Below, one piece after another: positions 11,456-21,903 of a stretch of DNA of 64,000 nt; within the stretch, counting starts at the first letter, position 1, and each line of letters starts with the position of its first letter. This DNA is from Paramoeba atlantica (lineage: Eukaryota; Protista; Discosea). The DNA is taken from contig CDRNVI010000020.1 of assembly GCA_977017575.1 (NCBI GenBank), positions 186,001 through 250,000 of the forward strand, in the 5' to 3' direction. The notes beneath the pieces are model-generated. The model did no database searches. It worked only from the letters and a program-made list of their open reading frames with translations, and was not told the DNA's origin. The position numbers and the translations under genes are program-made.

Positions 11456-14400
11456 ATGAAGCTTAGTTGCCGTTGGTTTCATGTCGTTGTCGCTCTTCTG
11501 GTGTGCTGTCTGGTGCCTAGGCGTGATGTACCTCGGCCAACGTTAAAAGGATCTCTGCTGAGCCTGTCGTCACTTCAACGTGTTTCTGCTAAGGCCGAAG
11601 TTGGCGACATCGGCTCCGGAGTCTCTAACGAGCAAGAGTTCTTTAAATCTTCCACCGATGGCGAATCGGTGGAAGATTTTCCACCTTCTGTAAGCGTTTT
11701 TCGTCGAATTTTTATATTCTTTGTACAAGTGCTTCAGAGAATTTGTGGCATCATTTCTTCCGTCATGTGCTTCCCGTTTTCTTCTTCGAATTGCTCGCCC
11801 GGTGATACGAGGAAAGATGTTGTGGACGATGTGATCGAAAGCAGCGAAGGCGGCGTGGAGGGTTCTAAACCTCCATCTTTGGGCCAGGCCTTGGGTTTTA
11901 CATCTGTTTCGAAGATCAATTTAAAATCCCCAGGAGAACCATCATCATCGCAAACGGAGAGCCCACGAACTATGGCTTTTCTACACGGCTCTCGACTAAC
12001 TGAGGAGGAAGCTCTAAAAGCTGTACAAGAAATTTTTATTTCCCCAGAAAAAGAGGAGGCTTTCTGTGCGAAGCAAGGCCCCAAATCTGCCGACGCAGAG
12101 GCGTTGCCGGACGGTAAGTCTTATTTACTCCAAGATGTGATGCGCTACGTGGCTTTTGGTCCCCGAGGCTTCGAAAAACTAGGCTCACTCTCCTCCTCCC
12201 CTGCATCCGACGATGATGAGGACAACGCAGCTCGCAAGCGAAGGCGCTTGGCTCAATTTTTTCGCTCTTTAATGGTCACCAGAAAGCGGGTAGCCAGAGC
12301 CCTTGAACGACGGCTTCTGTTGGAAAGTATTGTGCTCCGTGCTGCTGTTGATGTGCAAGATGTCCCACCCCTGTTTCAGGAAGAATTTACTCTCGCTCCT
12401 CAACTTACCGAAATCAAAAGCCTGGCATCGTACATCCTGTCGCTTGCATCATCACAGCACAAAGCAGAGCGCCGCACAGAGAGTGTTGAAAAAGTCACGA
12501 ATTCGTGGAAAAGAATAATGTTAACCTCTCGGCAGTGGTCCGGGGTAGGTATCCAACACGAAACAGCGCGGCAATTCCTAAACGATCGCTCCCTCACCTC
12601 CGACGACGCAGGCTCTGCTTCTGAACTTGAAGCCGCCACCCACGTGCGCGACCTTCTTCGCGTCCCCCTTTCTGAAATTGAGCTCGCTCTGAAAACAGAA
12701 ATCAACACCTACGATGCCATGGATATTATAAAGACGAAAATATGTACCGCAACAGAGCAGGAGAAGCGGGAGGCCCCCTCCTCGCTGCGCTCCGTCTTCG
12801 AGGACCCTATCCGAGACGCGGCGAAAACTTTTCACCACTCCGTCACAGCCGCCTTGGTGGACGGTACCAATGAGTTGCAAAACGCCCTGGGTGTCGTCGT
12901 GCGGCTACGTGTGGAACAAAGCAAAATGAACCCCGCCCAGATCGAGTCAGGGAAATCGCTCTTAGTAGCCCCCGTTCATGAGCGTTCTCTTCTCCATGTA
13001 CTAGATCTCGTCCAACGACGTCGTACACAGGTTTATACGCGCTGGGACACCGCTGTGGGGGATTTTCTCAATGTGCTACCCAGTCAAGGGATTTCGGTCG
13101 TGTCAGGAGTATCGGAGTCCGTCCCGAAAGAAGAGGACGTGCGCCTCTTGCGGGAGAACATTCTACAAGAAGCCTTTGAGTGGGAAGATCTCTACGACGG
13201 CCCCATCGTATTCGAAAGCGAGGCGACGTTACGCGCACCCTTACTCCAAGCCCGCCGTTTCGCCCCCGTACTCGGACCCCATCGCGAGAGCATTGTTCGC
13301 GCTGAGGTCGAAGCTGTCGTCGACCTGGCTCTGGATTTTCACCGTCTCGGGGTCTCCTCCGTCCTAGAATCCCTCACCACCGCCGTCGCCCTTGAAACTC
13401 TCAACACCAATGCCGCCTTAGAAGGGGAAGAAGCAACAGCATCCAAAACCCCAAAACCCGACACCCAAATCCCCTCCTCAACTCCCCTCTCCGCAAGTGA
13501 GGATATCCCCGAAACCCCCTCCTCCCGATACCCCAGTCACCTCAAATCCCCCCAAAAACCGACTGTTGTACACCACAAACGTACCGCCTCTCATCTGTTC
13601 AACCCCTCTATCTCTTCCTCCTCTTCCTCCCGCCGTACCCGGGCCGTGCGCAAGGGCTCCCGCCTCTCCACCCTCCACCCCTCCACTCTTCTCACCGGTC
13701 CCCAGCTCGAGCGCCACCGTCTCCGTGCCCTTCTCGAGGTCCTCACCGAAGTCCGCAACGCCCCCAGCAAGGACGGCGCCCCGTTCCGTCGTCACCTCAC
13801 CGAGGAGCTCTTCCGCGCGCTGCGCCCCCCGGTGGGGGTCGGGAACAAGGACCGGCGCAACCTGGAGATCAAGGCGTGTATGCTCCACGCGTGGGCCGGG
13901 GAGGCGGGGGCGATCCCGCTGCCGGTGGCGGTGGTGGTCAGGGGGGAGGGGATAAGACAGGAAAAAGAAGGACGAAAAGGAGACAAGGAAAAAGCGGTAG
14001 AGGATTCGAAAAAAGTACAAAACCAGTTTCGACATGGGTTGGTACAAAGTTTGTCGGGGCTGTCCAAGGTGAAAGTGTTACGGCACGTGATGGTAATTCA
14101 ACGTGGGTTGTCGCGAGAGACGGGGTTTTTAGGTCAGTTTGCCTCGTTTGTGGATCGTATGGTGGAGAGTGTGGAGAGAGGGACTCGCCCCGTGAAGCGG
14201 GGGGCGATGCAGCAGTCCCAGATGAGGGTGCAGAAGGCTACGTTGGTGAGAGCGCTCCAGGAGGCGAAGAAAGTCGGGGAGGCCGCGCTGCTGTCCGCGA
14301 ATTTGGTGGAGGCCTCGACGTTGTCGGCCGGAGGGGCGCAGCAGGCGGAGGATATTGCGGATGCCATCTCCCCGGCACTGTCACGGTATGTGGCGCTGCG

Positions 14401-14782
14401 AAATACATTCTACCGCGAGCATGTTCTCCCTGTACTGCATTTTGCGCTCGGGATTGCGTCCCACGAGGGCGAGAGTCCCTTCCCGCAGACTCCGAAATGG
14501 AAATCACAAGTGCTCGAGTTGTTGTGTGATCCGGAGTCTCGAGTGGCCACCACGCCACGTGCAGGGTCGGAAAATTTAGCCCGGCGGCATCCAGGTGCGG
14601 CCAAGGCCATCCCCGTGTCTTCCTCTGGGCTGGGCGCAACAAGTTCCGATACCACAGGCACTATGGCAGTGCAGGAGGGGGAGGAAAAGAAGAAAAACGA
14701 AACCCGTGGCGGTCCGAGTAACGGGTCGAGTGCCCCTCCCCCGTTTTCCGTGACGGGATCTTTTATAGTGCATGATGACTAG
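11456..14782 (+). CDS. Hypothetical 1108-aa protein with N-terminal signal peptide
   Basis: Long uninterrupted ORF; hydrophobic N-terminus WFHVVVALLVCCLV; no domain recognised. Confidence 0.75.
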   Translation: MKLSCRWFHVVVALLVCCLVPRRDVPRPTLKGSLLSLSSLQRVSAKAEVGDIGSGVSNEQEFFKSSTDGESVEDFPPSVSVFRRIFIFFVQVLQRICGIISSVMCFPFSSSNCSPGDTRKDVVDDVIESSEGGVEGSKPPSLGQALGFTSVSKINLKSPGEPSSSQTESPRTMAFLHGSRLTEEEALKAVQEIFISPEKEEAFCAKQGPKSADAEALPDGKSYLLQDVMRYVAFGPRGFEKLGSLSSSPASDDDEDNAARKRRRLAQFFRSLMVTRKRVARALERRLLLESIVLRAAVDVQDVPPLFQEEFTLAPQLTEIKSLASYILSLASSQHKAERRTESVEKVTNSWKRIMLTSRQWSGVGIQHETARQFLNDRSLTSDDAGSASELEAATHVRDLLRVPLSEIELALKTEINTYDAMDIIKTKICTATEQEKREAPSSLRSVFEDPIRDAAKTFHHSVTAALVDGTNELQNALGVVVRLRVEQSKMNPAQIESGKSLLVAPVHERSLLHVLDLVQRRRTQVYTRWDTAVGDFLNVLPSQGISVVSGVSESVPKEEDVRLLRENILQEAFEWEDLYDGPIVFESEATLRAPLLQARRFAPVLGPHRESIVRAEVEAVVDLALDFHRLGVSSVLESLTTAVALETLNTNAALEGEEATASKTPKPDTQIPSSTPLSASEDIPETPSSRYPSHLKSPQKPTVVHHKRTASHLFNPSISSSSSSRRTRAVRKGSRLSTLHPSTLLTGPQLERHRLRALLEVLTEVRNAPSKDGAPFRRHLTEELFRALRPPVGVGNKDRRNLEIKACMLHAWAGEAGAIPLPVAVVVRGEGIRQEKEGRKGDKEKAVEDSKKVQNQFRHGLVQSLSGLSKVKVLRHVMVIQRGLSRETGFLGQFASFVDRMVESVERGTRPVKRGAMQQSQMRVQKATLVRALQEAKKVGEAALLSANLVEASTLSAGGAQQAEDIADAISPALSRYVALRNTFYREHVLPVLHFALGIASHEGESPFPQTPKWKSQVLELLCDPESRVATTPRAGSENLARRHPGAAKAIPVSSSGLGATSSDTTGTMAVQEGEEKKKNETRGGPSNGSSAPPPFSVTGSFIVHDD

Positions 14783-15185
14783 GAGGTGTTATGTATGTAA
14801 TTCGGTGCGAATAATCGTGTCTGTGGACACACCGATAGAAATATAGTCAGGAATATATTGTAGTTGTACAGTTTTTTTGTATGAAATAGATAGTAAAGTA
14901 GCTCTTGTTTTTTGTGGGATAAAGATGCGTAGCTTTGCGCATGGAAATTATTAAAAGCGAGGTACATTACGTAAGCACCCGGTGAATTCATGTTATAGGA
15001 AATTGCTCGCACACGATTAATCTGCGTATTTTATCGCGTCGATGTTGTTCTTGTTATCAGCTCTGTATCAATAATCTCATACGCACTATTCAACTACCAC
15101 TGCATCAAGAGTAATTATTAGTCCCTTTGTACCCTATTTCTATCCATTTTGCACCAAACCATGTCTAACTGTACTTTTTAACGAC

Positions 15186-18100
15186 ATGATAATTCGGTGT
15201 CGCAGTACCTGTCTGTTTATAAGCTTGGTAGTGATTCTATTTTCAGCCGAATCTGTAGCTGCAGTCGAGGAGTTACATAGACAGTCTCCGCCTGCTTATT
15301 CACACCAACAGTTACGTACACTCCATAGAGCTCTTAGCGATGACTCCATTTCCACGGAAATTCTGGAGGGCAGATTGCTGTATCTTCTTCCAATTGTGTT
15401 CGCCCCGTCTGATGAAGAAAGCTGTCGGGATCAAACGGACGTCATTGCAATATCGGCCTCCGAAAAAGAAGAAATATCTCCTCGCTTAACTCCCACGAGA
15501 TTTTCACTCTCGGCAGAGGATGACCCTCAGTTGCTTAACCAGACTGCGACAGCACATAATATAGTGCTCCACGCTCTCACACAATTTATGGTTCGAGAAA
15601 ATTTAGTTGCTTTCGAGATTGCGCGCCGTCTTCGGGTACAGCTTACGTTGCAATTACTACGTGCTCAGGCAGACTACTCTCTCCTGATTGATTCATTAAC
15701 CACAAAGCAACACATGAGTTCGATAGAAAAATGTACGACCTTTTTGATAGCGTTACTTTCGGGCAACACGCCGCCAGGTTTTCGAAACATCGAAGATCCA
15801 TTCGAGGATCCACTCCCATCAGACCCGTCCGATTGGAATGAATTGCACCGCGCTTTTGCAAAATTGCAGCATAGCGCAGAAAGTATGAGAGAGAAAGGGT
15901 ACAGTGACGCCAGTTCGCGTCGAGCACAACATCACACATTGCAGTACGGATACGCGGCTCGAGGCAGAAAAGATCTAATCTCTTTTCTTCTCGACACTGC
16001 ACGCGACAGCCGTGACCATAAGTATGACATTCCGTCACAGCGGATCCCAGCTTGTAGTAATGGAGTCGTATTCGATTATGTTTTTGAGTGCATACAGTTT
16101 TTTCGTCATGCTCTGAACATGATTTCTGGATCGTTAGTGAACTATTACCGTAGCTTATGTGAGGAACCGCAAGATTCGTCCCCTGCTATTTACGAGATGC
16201 AGAATTCATCTTCGGAGTCCGGCATGGCGTGGCTAGCAGAAGATCTCTTCGCGCTACAAAGTGAATACGAGAACGAACTCGTTCGTTTAAATTACCTTGC
16301 CCAGACATGCTGCAGCGAAAAGATGGTATCGAAAACTATAGTAGACCTCTTTTCTAATACGCTGCCTCCAGTGCTGAGTTTAATTCAATATGCGATTCGG
16401 CAATTTGAAACCCTACTCGATTCAAGCTCGGCAATGCGATGTGAAGATGATGATGAGGGTGGTTTGCGTACTTCCGACGCAAGAATTTATCCTGCCAACA
16501 CGATTCCTCAAGCGAGGAGAAAATCAAGAAAGGAAGAAGATCATGACTTCTTGAGATCAGCATGTTACCAAAACCGAAGGGCCCTTCCGGTATACAGGGA
16601 ACGTATTACGCGTGGCAAGATAGAAAGTTGCCAGTTAAAGCAAACTGGCATTTCAAATTTATTGCGCGCTATTTCTGATGCACGTTCAAACTTTTATTTC
16701 GAACTATGCAAAGAGGATCTTCCATTTCGGCTTTTTACAGCACCCAGCACCATAGATTCATCATTGAATGGTATCGGGCCAGTCGAAGACGATAAAATCG
16801 AGCCCTTTCTACAGACAATAAAAAGTGAAGAGTCATGTACAGGCTTGACTGTATGGAACGCATTCGACCGCTCTTTTATCCGAGGGAATAGTCTGAGCGG
16901 TTTGCAATTCGATCAAACAGTAAATAACTTCCACAAAAAACTGATTCCATTACTCTACCTGAATACAGGTCGTACCAATGCAGCACCCTTCTCAGGAGTG
17001 CGCAAGCAATTATTGGCAAAACTTTGGATACGAAGTGTAAACACGCTTTCTGATCAAATTTATTTTTCTGTGGAAAGAATGTCACAAATCACATCTCCCG
17101 GAGATATTTCTAGTGTTTTACAAAACGATCTAGCAGGGGAAACGCTCGAAGGTGTATACAGATTGATTGTCGAGGAAGCCGCCATTGGGGGAAAACAAAG
17201 TGATTCAAGCGACGTTGCATTACTGAACATGAAATCAGATATTTCCTCTGGCCTGCATGCTCTGCTTTATGCGCTCAATTCGCATTTCAACTCTAGTTCT
17301 ACGCATTGGATGCAATGGGTTTCCTGGGAAGACGGACCAAGGAGTTCCGAGGCGTGGTCCACTAGCCTCGTTGCGCATTTTCTACAAACTCATTTTTTTA
17401 ATCCCTTGAGCGCGAAAGATACTTCATTGGGGGTGGCGATATACGATGTAGTTGAGGGCACTCGCGCCTCAGTGCTCGTTCTTCTGCGGCGTCTTCGTCG
17501 CATCGAACAGCTGCTAACCCAATTTCGTGACGGGACGTTTAATTTTCAAGAGAGCGAAAGAGATATTCAGTCATCAGACTTACCCGGATTTTCGAAGAAT
17601 GTTTCACTAAACCTAGCTTCTCGTATCAGATCACAACTTCGACGAGGCTCTGTAAATGACGAAACAAATAAAGTGAACTACGTCTGGACGCCTTTATTAA
17701 ATGCACTACTTCAACGTTTAGATTCCACTCATCTGAATCTTTCAAAAAGTGAGCACGAATTACGCGAATTATCTTCCTACTTACAGCGTTACAAGTCAAT
17801 GCGAATTGGGGACTTACCATCTGGCGCACTGGGATGTTTAGTTTCAGACCTTGCATCCTCCGACTTCGATTTTGAAGGACTTTCCAATTTTCGCAAATTA
17901 ATGAACGCTGCACTTGGTGTCCCATCAAAAGCGCAATCAACAAAAAATGTTTCACAAAGTAACTACTCTGGAGATCACAATAGATCTGTGTCACCATTTG
18001 TTCTCGATAATGCCATTCCTTCTGACAGATTACAAAACGCACAGAAATACATACGCAAACTCCAAGTGAAACATCTGAGTCCTTATCGGCGTGCGATTGT

Positions 18101-18407
18101 TCGTCGTCGATTGCGTTTAGGCGATCTACCAAACGTCGAGGCACTGTCTCTGCGCGTCACACGAGCTCTTGCAGGACGTCTGGTGAGTTTTAGTGTTGCA
18201 ATGAGAGACGTATTTACTTTTCTTGTCGAAGAAGGGATATGGATGAGTGACAAACCCCGGATTTTGACCGGAAAGGGTGTTCCTTGTTCGGCAAGAAAAA
18301 CTCCGCAATCGCACCCTCGACGATTTGATACCTCTATTCGACTGTTTAATACGCTGAAGGGCTGTAACATACGCCCGGAAGATGTATCTGCGTTTCACCA
18401 ATATTGA
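15186..18407 (+). CDS. Hypothetical 1073-aa protein with N-terminal signal peptide
   Basis: Long uninterrupted ORF; signal-like CLFISLVVILFSAESVA; no domain recognised. Confidence 0.75.
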   Translation: MIIRCRSTCLFISLVVILFSAESVAAVEELHRQSPPAYSHQQLRTLHRALSDDSISTEILEGRLLYLLPIVFAPSDEESCRDQTDVIAISASEKEEISPRLTPTRFSLSAEDDPQLLNQTATAHNIVLHALTQFMVRENLVAFEIARRLRVQLTLQLLRAQADYSLLIDSLTTKQHMSSIEKCTTFLIALLSGNTPPGFRNIEDPFEDPLPSDPSDWNELHRAFAKLQHSAESMREKGYSDASSRRAQHHTLQYGYAARGRKDLISFLLDTARDSRDHKYDIPSQRIPACSNGVVFDYVFECIQFFRHALNMISGSLVNYYRSLCEEPQDSSPAIYEMQNSSSESGMAWLAEDLFALQSEYENELVRLNYLAQTCCSEKMVSKTIVDLFSNTLPPVLSLIQYAIRQFETLLDSSSAMRCEDDDEGGLRTSDARIYPANTIPQARRKSRKEEDHDFLRSACYQNRRALPVYRERITRGKIESCQLKQTGISNLLRAISDARSNFYFELCKEDLPFRLFTAPSTIDSSLNGIGPVEDDKIEPFLQTIKSEESCTGLTVWNAFDRSFIRGNSLSGLQFDQTVNNFHKKLIPLLYLNTGRTNAAPFSGVRKQLLAKLWIRSVNTLSDQIYFSVERMSQITSPGDISSVLQNDLAGETLEGVYRLIVEEAAIGGKQSDSSDVALLNMKSDISSGLHALLYALNSHFNSSSTHWMQWVSWEDGPRSSEAWSTSLVAHFLQTHFFNPLSAKDTSLGVAIYDVVEGTRASVLVLLRRLRRIEQLLTQFRDGTFNFQESERDIQSSDLPGFSKNVSLNLASRIRSQLRRGSVNDETNKVNYVWTPLLNALLQRLDSTHLNLSKSEHELRELSSYLQRYKSMRIGDLPSGALGCLVSDLASSDFDFEGLSNFRKLMNAALGVPSKAQSTKNVSQSNYSGDHNRSVSPFVLDNAIPSDRLQNAQKYIRKLQVKHLSPYRRAIVRRRLRLGDLPNVEALSLRVTRALAGRLVSFSVAMRDVFTFLVEEGIWMSDKPRILTGKGVPCSARKTPQSHPRRFDTSIRLFNTLKGCNIRPEDVSAFHQY

Positions 18408-18525
18408 ATTTCATCGTCAATAGACTTCCCGAAGGTACCAGTTTACCGAATTTGGGGTTACACCCCAACTCCTATCAGCATCAACTCTTCACACTGATAT
18501 TAATTTTTGGGTGCAGACAACTTAA

Positions 18526-19805
18526 TGCCCCCCCCACTTATTTGTCACAGCTCCATCCCCCCCACTTATTCGTCCTTTTTGGCGAAGCCTAGTGGATCGG
18601 GCGCCGCGAAGCGGCGCCGAATTTTTTTTTTTGATGGAGCAGGACAGGCTAGTCTTTCTTCCTCATGTTATACTCTAATGTTTTACTTGACTGGTGAAGA
18701 AGTACAAACCATCAAAGTTTAATATCCGTTTGTATTTACTACTCTAATTCTTTCACCTCATAACATAGTAGCTGAATACGTTTTTCAACAATTTTAGAAC
18801 AACATTCTCCCAACGGTTCTCCCCCACAACTCTCCTCAACTATGCCTCATCCTCCCAACGGTTCTCCCCCACAACCCCCCTCAACCCTGCCGTGTCGTCC
18901 TCGTCGCCTTGATGCTTGGGTGACCATACGCCCCCCTGCCCCACGAGTCGGCGCTCTCTCAAATTGTGTCAATATGAAAAACGAAACCATCACTACATCA
19001 ACTCTCGAAAATCGTCGTATCTAAGTATTCTGTGGTTTTACTTAGTGACTCGCAAACCCTCGCTAGGTATTTCAAATTTACCAAACTAAATTTATCGCAT
19101 GTCATATGATATGGAAACAATAATTTGCTTAGTGTTTTTTACCATATGCTTTAGTTTCTATTTAGTTTCTAGTTACACCGTTTCGGAAATGAATAAGAAG
19201 GCACTACGTCTCGTCTGAGTCAAATTAGTCAACAATACTTTACTGTAATTAGTAACAAGATTGCGTCGGCAAGATTGTACTGCAAACGCATTTACACCCC
19301 GCATTTCATCCCTTATCACATCCCACATCCTCCTCGACCAGAAATTGCTCGACCAGAAATTTCTTAACATAACGTCACTTGTTCCAAACTCACTTGTATA
19401 GCGAGTACATACCTGCTGGAAGCGAGTACAGCGAGTACGGTACTCCGAGTGATTACACGCTGTACTTACTCGGGTGAGTACACGAGTACCGTACTCGCTT
19501 CATGTATGATACCACTACCATAACCTTTTTTCTCTATCGCAAAGTTTTGACTATTGCAAAATTAAAGTGGGCTTGCTTCTGGGCGCAACCCAAAACGGGG
19601 AAGTAAGGTCGGGACCTCCTCGTGGTCTTCCCTGGCACTGCTATCTTACTGATGGTACTAAAGCTGACCTAAGAACATTCGTAAGCAGATATTTTTGAAG
19701 TATGCACGAACTGTAACCCCCCCCCACTTAATTGTCATAGCTCCACCCCCCCTACTTATTTGTCCTTTTTTCGAAAAAGGGGTGACAAATAAGTGGGGGG
19801 CACAG
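18526..19805. mobile_element. Non-autonomous element of the CTGT-C-run TIR family (or a 95-bp mini-element at 19711-19805 plus an orphan end)
   Basis: TGCCCCCCCCACTTATTTGTCACAGCTCCATCCCCCCCACTTATT at 18526 is repeated at 19711-19770. The inverted end TGACAAATAAGTGGGGGGCACAG|TA is at 19783-19807. Confidence 0.55.
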
Positions 19806-19873
19806 TATATAAGTTTTTGAAAAAAATATTTTTACGAAATATATTGATTTCATCTTGTATACTCGCTTCCGCT

Positions 19874-20134
19874 TTACGACATGCATTGTTGTATCATGTT
19901 TCACGTGTCATCTTGATTTAGCATTGTTTTTCATGATTCAGCAGTCTTTCATGATTCAGCATTGTTGGTGTGCACACCGTCTTCTGTAACAAATCGCTTC
20001 TTTCACCTTTTACTGTGATTGACTGTTCGATGATTACGAAACGCACTCAGTCCTTCATACCCACGCCACTCATCCGTATTAACTATGGTTCGGTAGCTGT
20101 CCACAATATACTTCCGCACTAAACCGTGTAACGG
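19874..20134 (-). pseudogene. Merlin/IS1595-family transposase fragment
   Basis: Manual translation: LVRKYIVDSYRTIVNTDEWRGYEGLSAFRNHRTVNHSKR*KKRFVTEDGVHTNNAES*. This fits the IS1595/Merlin TDxWxxY, HxxVNHS and GVHTNxxE motifs. Not in the ORF track. Confidence 0.75.
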
Positions 20135-20527
20135 GCACGCGGAAAACGAAGTATAAAGGGGGGGTCTGACCAGCGAAGTATAAAGGGGGGGTCACAGTAA
20201 TTTAATGGTTCAATTTAATAGTTCATAAATTAAATCATTTAATTTAAACGATTCTGGACTTATTATTCAGAAGGGGGACGAGCAGATAGTACAGGCCTTA
20301 ACGTTACGGGGACGTGAATATTGGTAAAGGGGTGAATAGTAGCCTCAGGGATTACACTTTGGGTCACTTCATTGAGTTCTGAATAAAGTGCATTGCTACA
20401 GTATACGTATGCTTCATACATGTATATGTAATTTATAATGCAACGTTTCATACAGTACATAACCAATCATGTCAAAAAACCACGGTAATTGTTTTATGTA
20501 TTTTGCTAAGAAACTTTACTGGTACTT

Positions 20528-21691
20528 ATGAGTTCGCCGGGTCTTCTTACACACAACATTCAAAGTGGAGCGATAGAGGCTTATCTTCACGGACTATACG
20601 CGAGCTTGTTAAAATCCACGGATTATCACACACTAGCCCAGTGCGAATCAGTTTCCGATGTCAAACAGTATCTCAGTGCACAAACGGCATTTAAAGACGT
20701 AGTATCCTCACCGCCAGGTGCGAAGGATGAGATCCAAAATAGCGCTCGTATCCTTCATCAGGGACTCGAGCAAGCCTTCACCAATGAGTTTCTCGCGCTC
20801 TACGAGGAGGCATGCCCGGAACTGCGGGCCTTTTTGGACTTTGTCTCGGCCCACTACATGCTCCGCAACCTTTTAAAAGTCCTTCTTCACGGTCGCAACA
20901 CCGGGGGCGCGGAGAAAACTACCACTGCGCGTCAGGAATTGCTGCAGCAGTGTCACCCCTTGGGACGCTTCCCGGGGCTCTCGCTACTTACTGAGAGTGA
21001 AACTCTGACGCTGGAAGAGATGTTTGAAATTGTTCTCCGTGATTCCCCCGTCGGGCGGTTCTTTCACGACACCACGGTGCATGACCTACGCGAGTGCTCT
21101 GTTGAGTATTTGTACTACGCCCTGTTGCGTAGCTGGACGGAGCAGTTCGCGACGTACTGTGCGACTCAAGGAGGCGCCACAGCGGAGGTGATGGAAGAAA
21201 TTCTCTTCTTCGAAGCCGACCAGAATGTGATCTTGTTGACACTTTCTGCCATGGCACACCCTAGTGCGCTTCCTGCGGAGGAACGTCGCAAGCTGTTTCC
21301 TTGTCTGGGGCACTTGCTCCCGTTGCATGAGAGCATTGCCAGTGTACGTACGGAGGGGGAACTTCGGAACGTGTTGCAGCCATTTCCCGAGTATGCCGTA
21401 TTGCTGGGGAATACAGACCTGGCCGAGTTTTCTCGCAGGCCAAGGGACGGCAAAAGCCAAAACGATTTTGGGCTCTCCCCCTTGTCCTCGACCAGTCTCC
21501 AAGCACGGGTGGAACAACAGCTCCGGGTACAACTCGCGGCACTACACCACCGTAGCTTCGCCAGACAATTCCATTATGGCAGTTTCTACAGCTACCTCCG
21601 TCTAAAGGAGATGGAGCTTGGCAATCTTCAGTGGGTACTAGAGTGTGTAGCACACGGTATGCAGCACCGCATTCCCGACTTAATAGCATAG
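20528..21691 (+). CDS. VMA6: V-type H+-ATPase V0 subunit d
   Basis: N-terminal AIEAYLHGLYASLLKSTDY, QCHPLGRF, FEAD, and C-terminal SFARQFHYGSFYSYLRLKEMELGNLQWVLECV. Confidence 0.92.
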   Translation: MSSPGLLTHNIQSGAIEAYLHGLYASLLKSTDYHTLAQCESVSDVKQYLSAQTAFKDVVSSPPGAKDEIQNSARILHQGLEQAFTNEFLALYEEACPELRAFLDFVSAHYMLRNLLKVLLHGRNTGGAEKTTTARQELLQQCHPLGRFPGLSLLTESETLTLEEMFEIVLRDSPVGRFFHDTTVHDLRECSVEYLYYALLRSWTEQFATYCATQGGATAEVMEEILFFEADQNVILLTLSAMAHPSALPAEERRKLFPCLGHLLPLHESIASVRTEGELRNVLQPFPEYAVLLGNTDLAEFSRRPRDGKSQNDFGLSPLSSTSLQARVEQQLRVQLAALHHRSFARQFHYGSFYSYLRLKEMELGNLQWVLECVAHGMQHRIPDLIA

Positions 21692-21903
21692 CGTTGTGAC
21701 GGATAACTTCTTGCATAATTGGGCTTCTTCCATTGCGATTTTTATTGATGACTATTAATATTTCTAATCTAATAATTGAACACTTTCAATTACTTTTGAA
21801 AGTCTACAAAGTTTCCATATGTATGTATTCGTACAAATATTTTAGTAAGTTTTAGTAATCTTCTAGTAATCAAGCAGTACTTTTATTTAGCTCCCTTTCC
21901 GAA

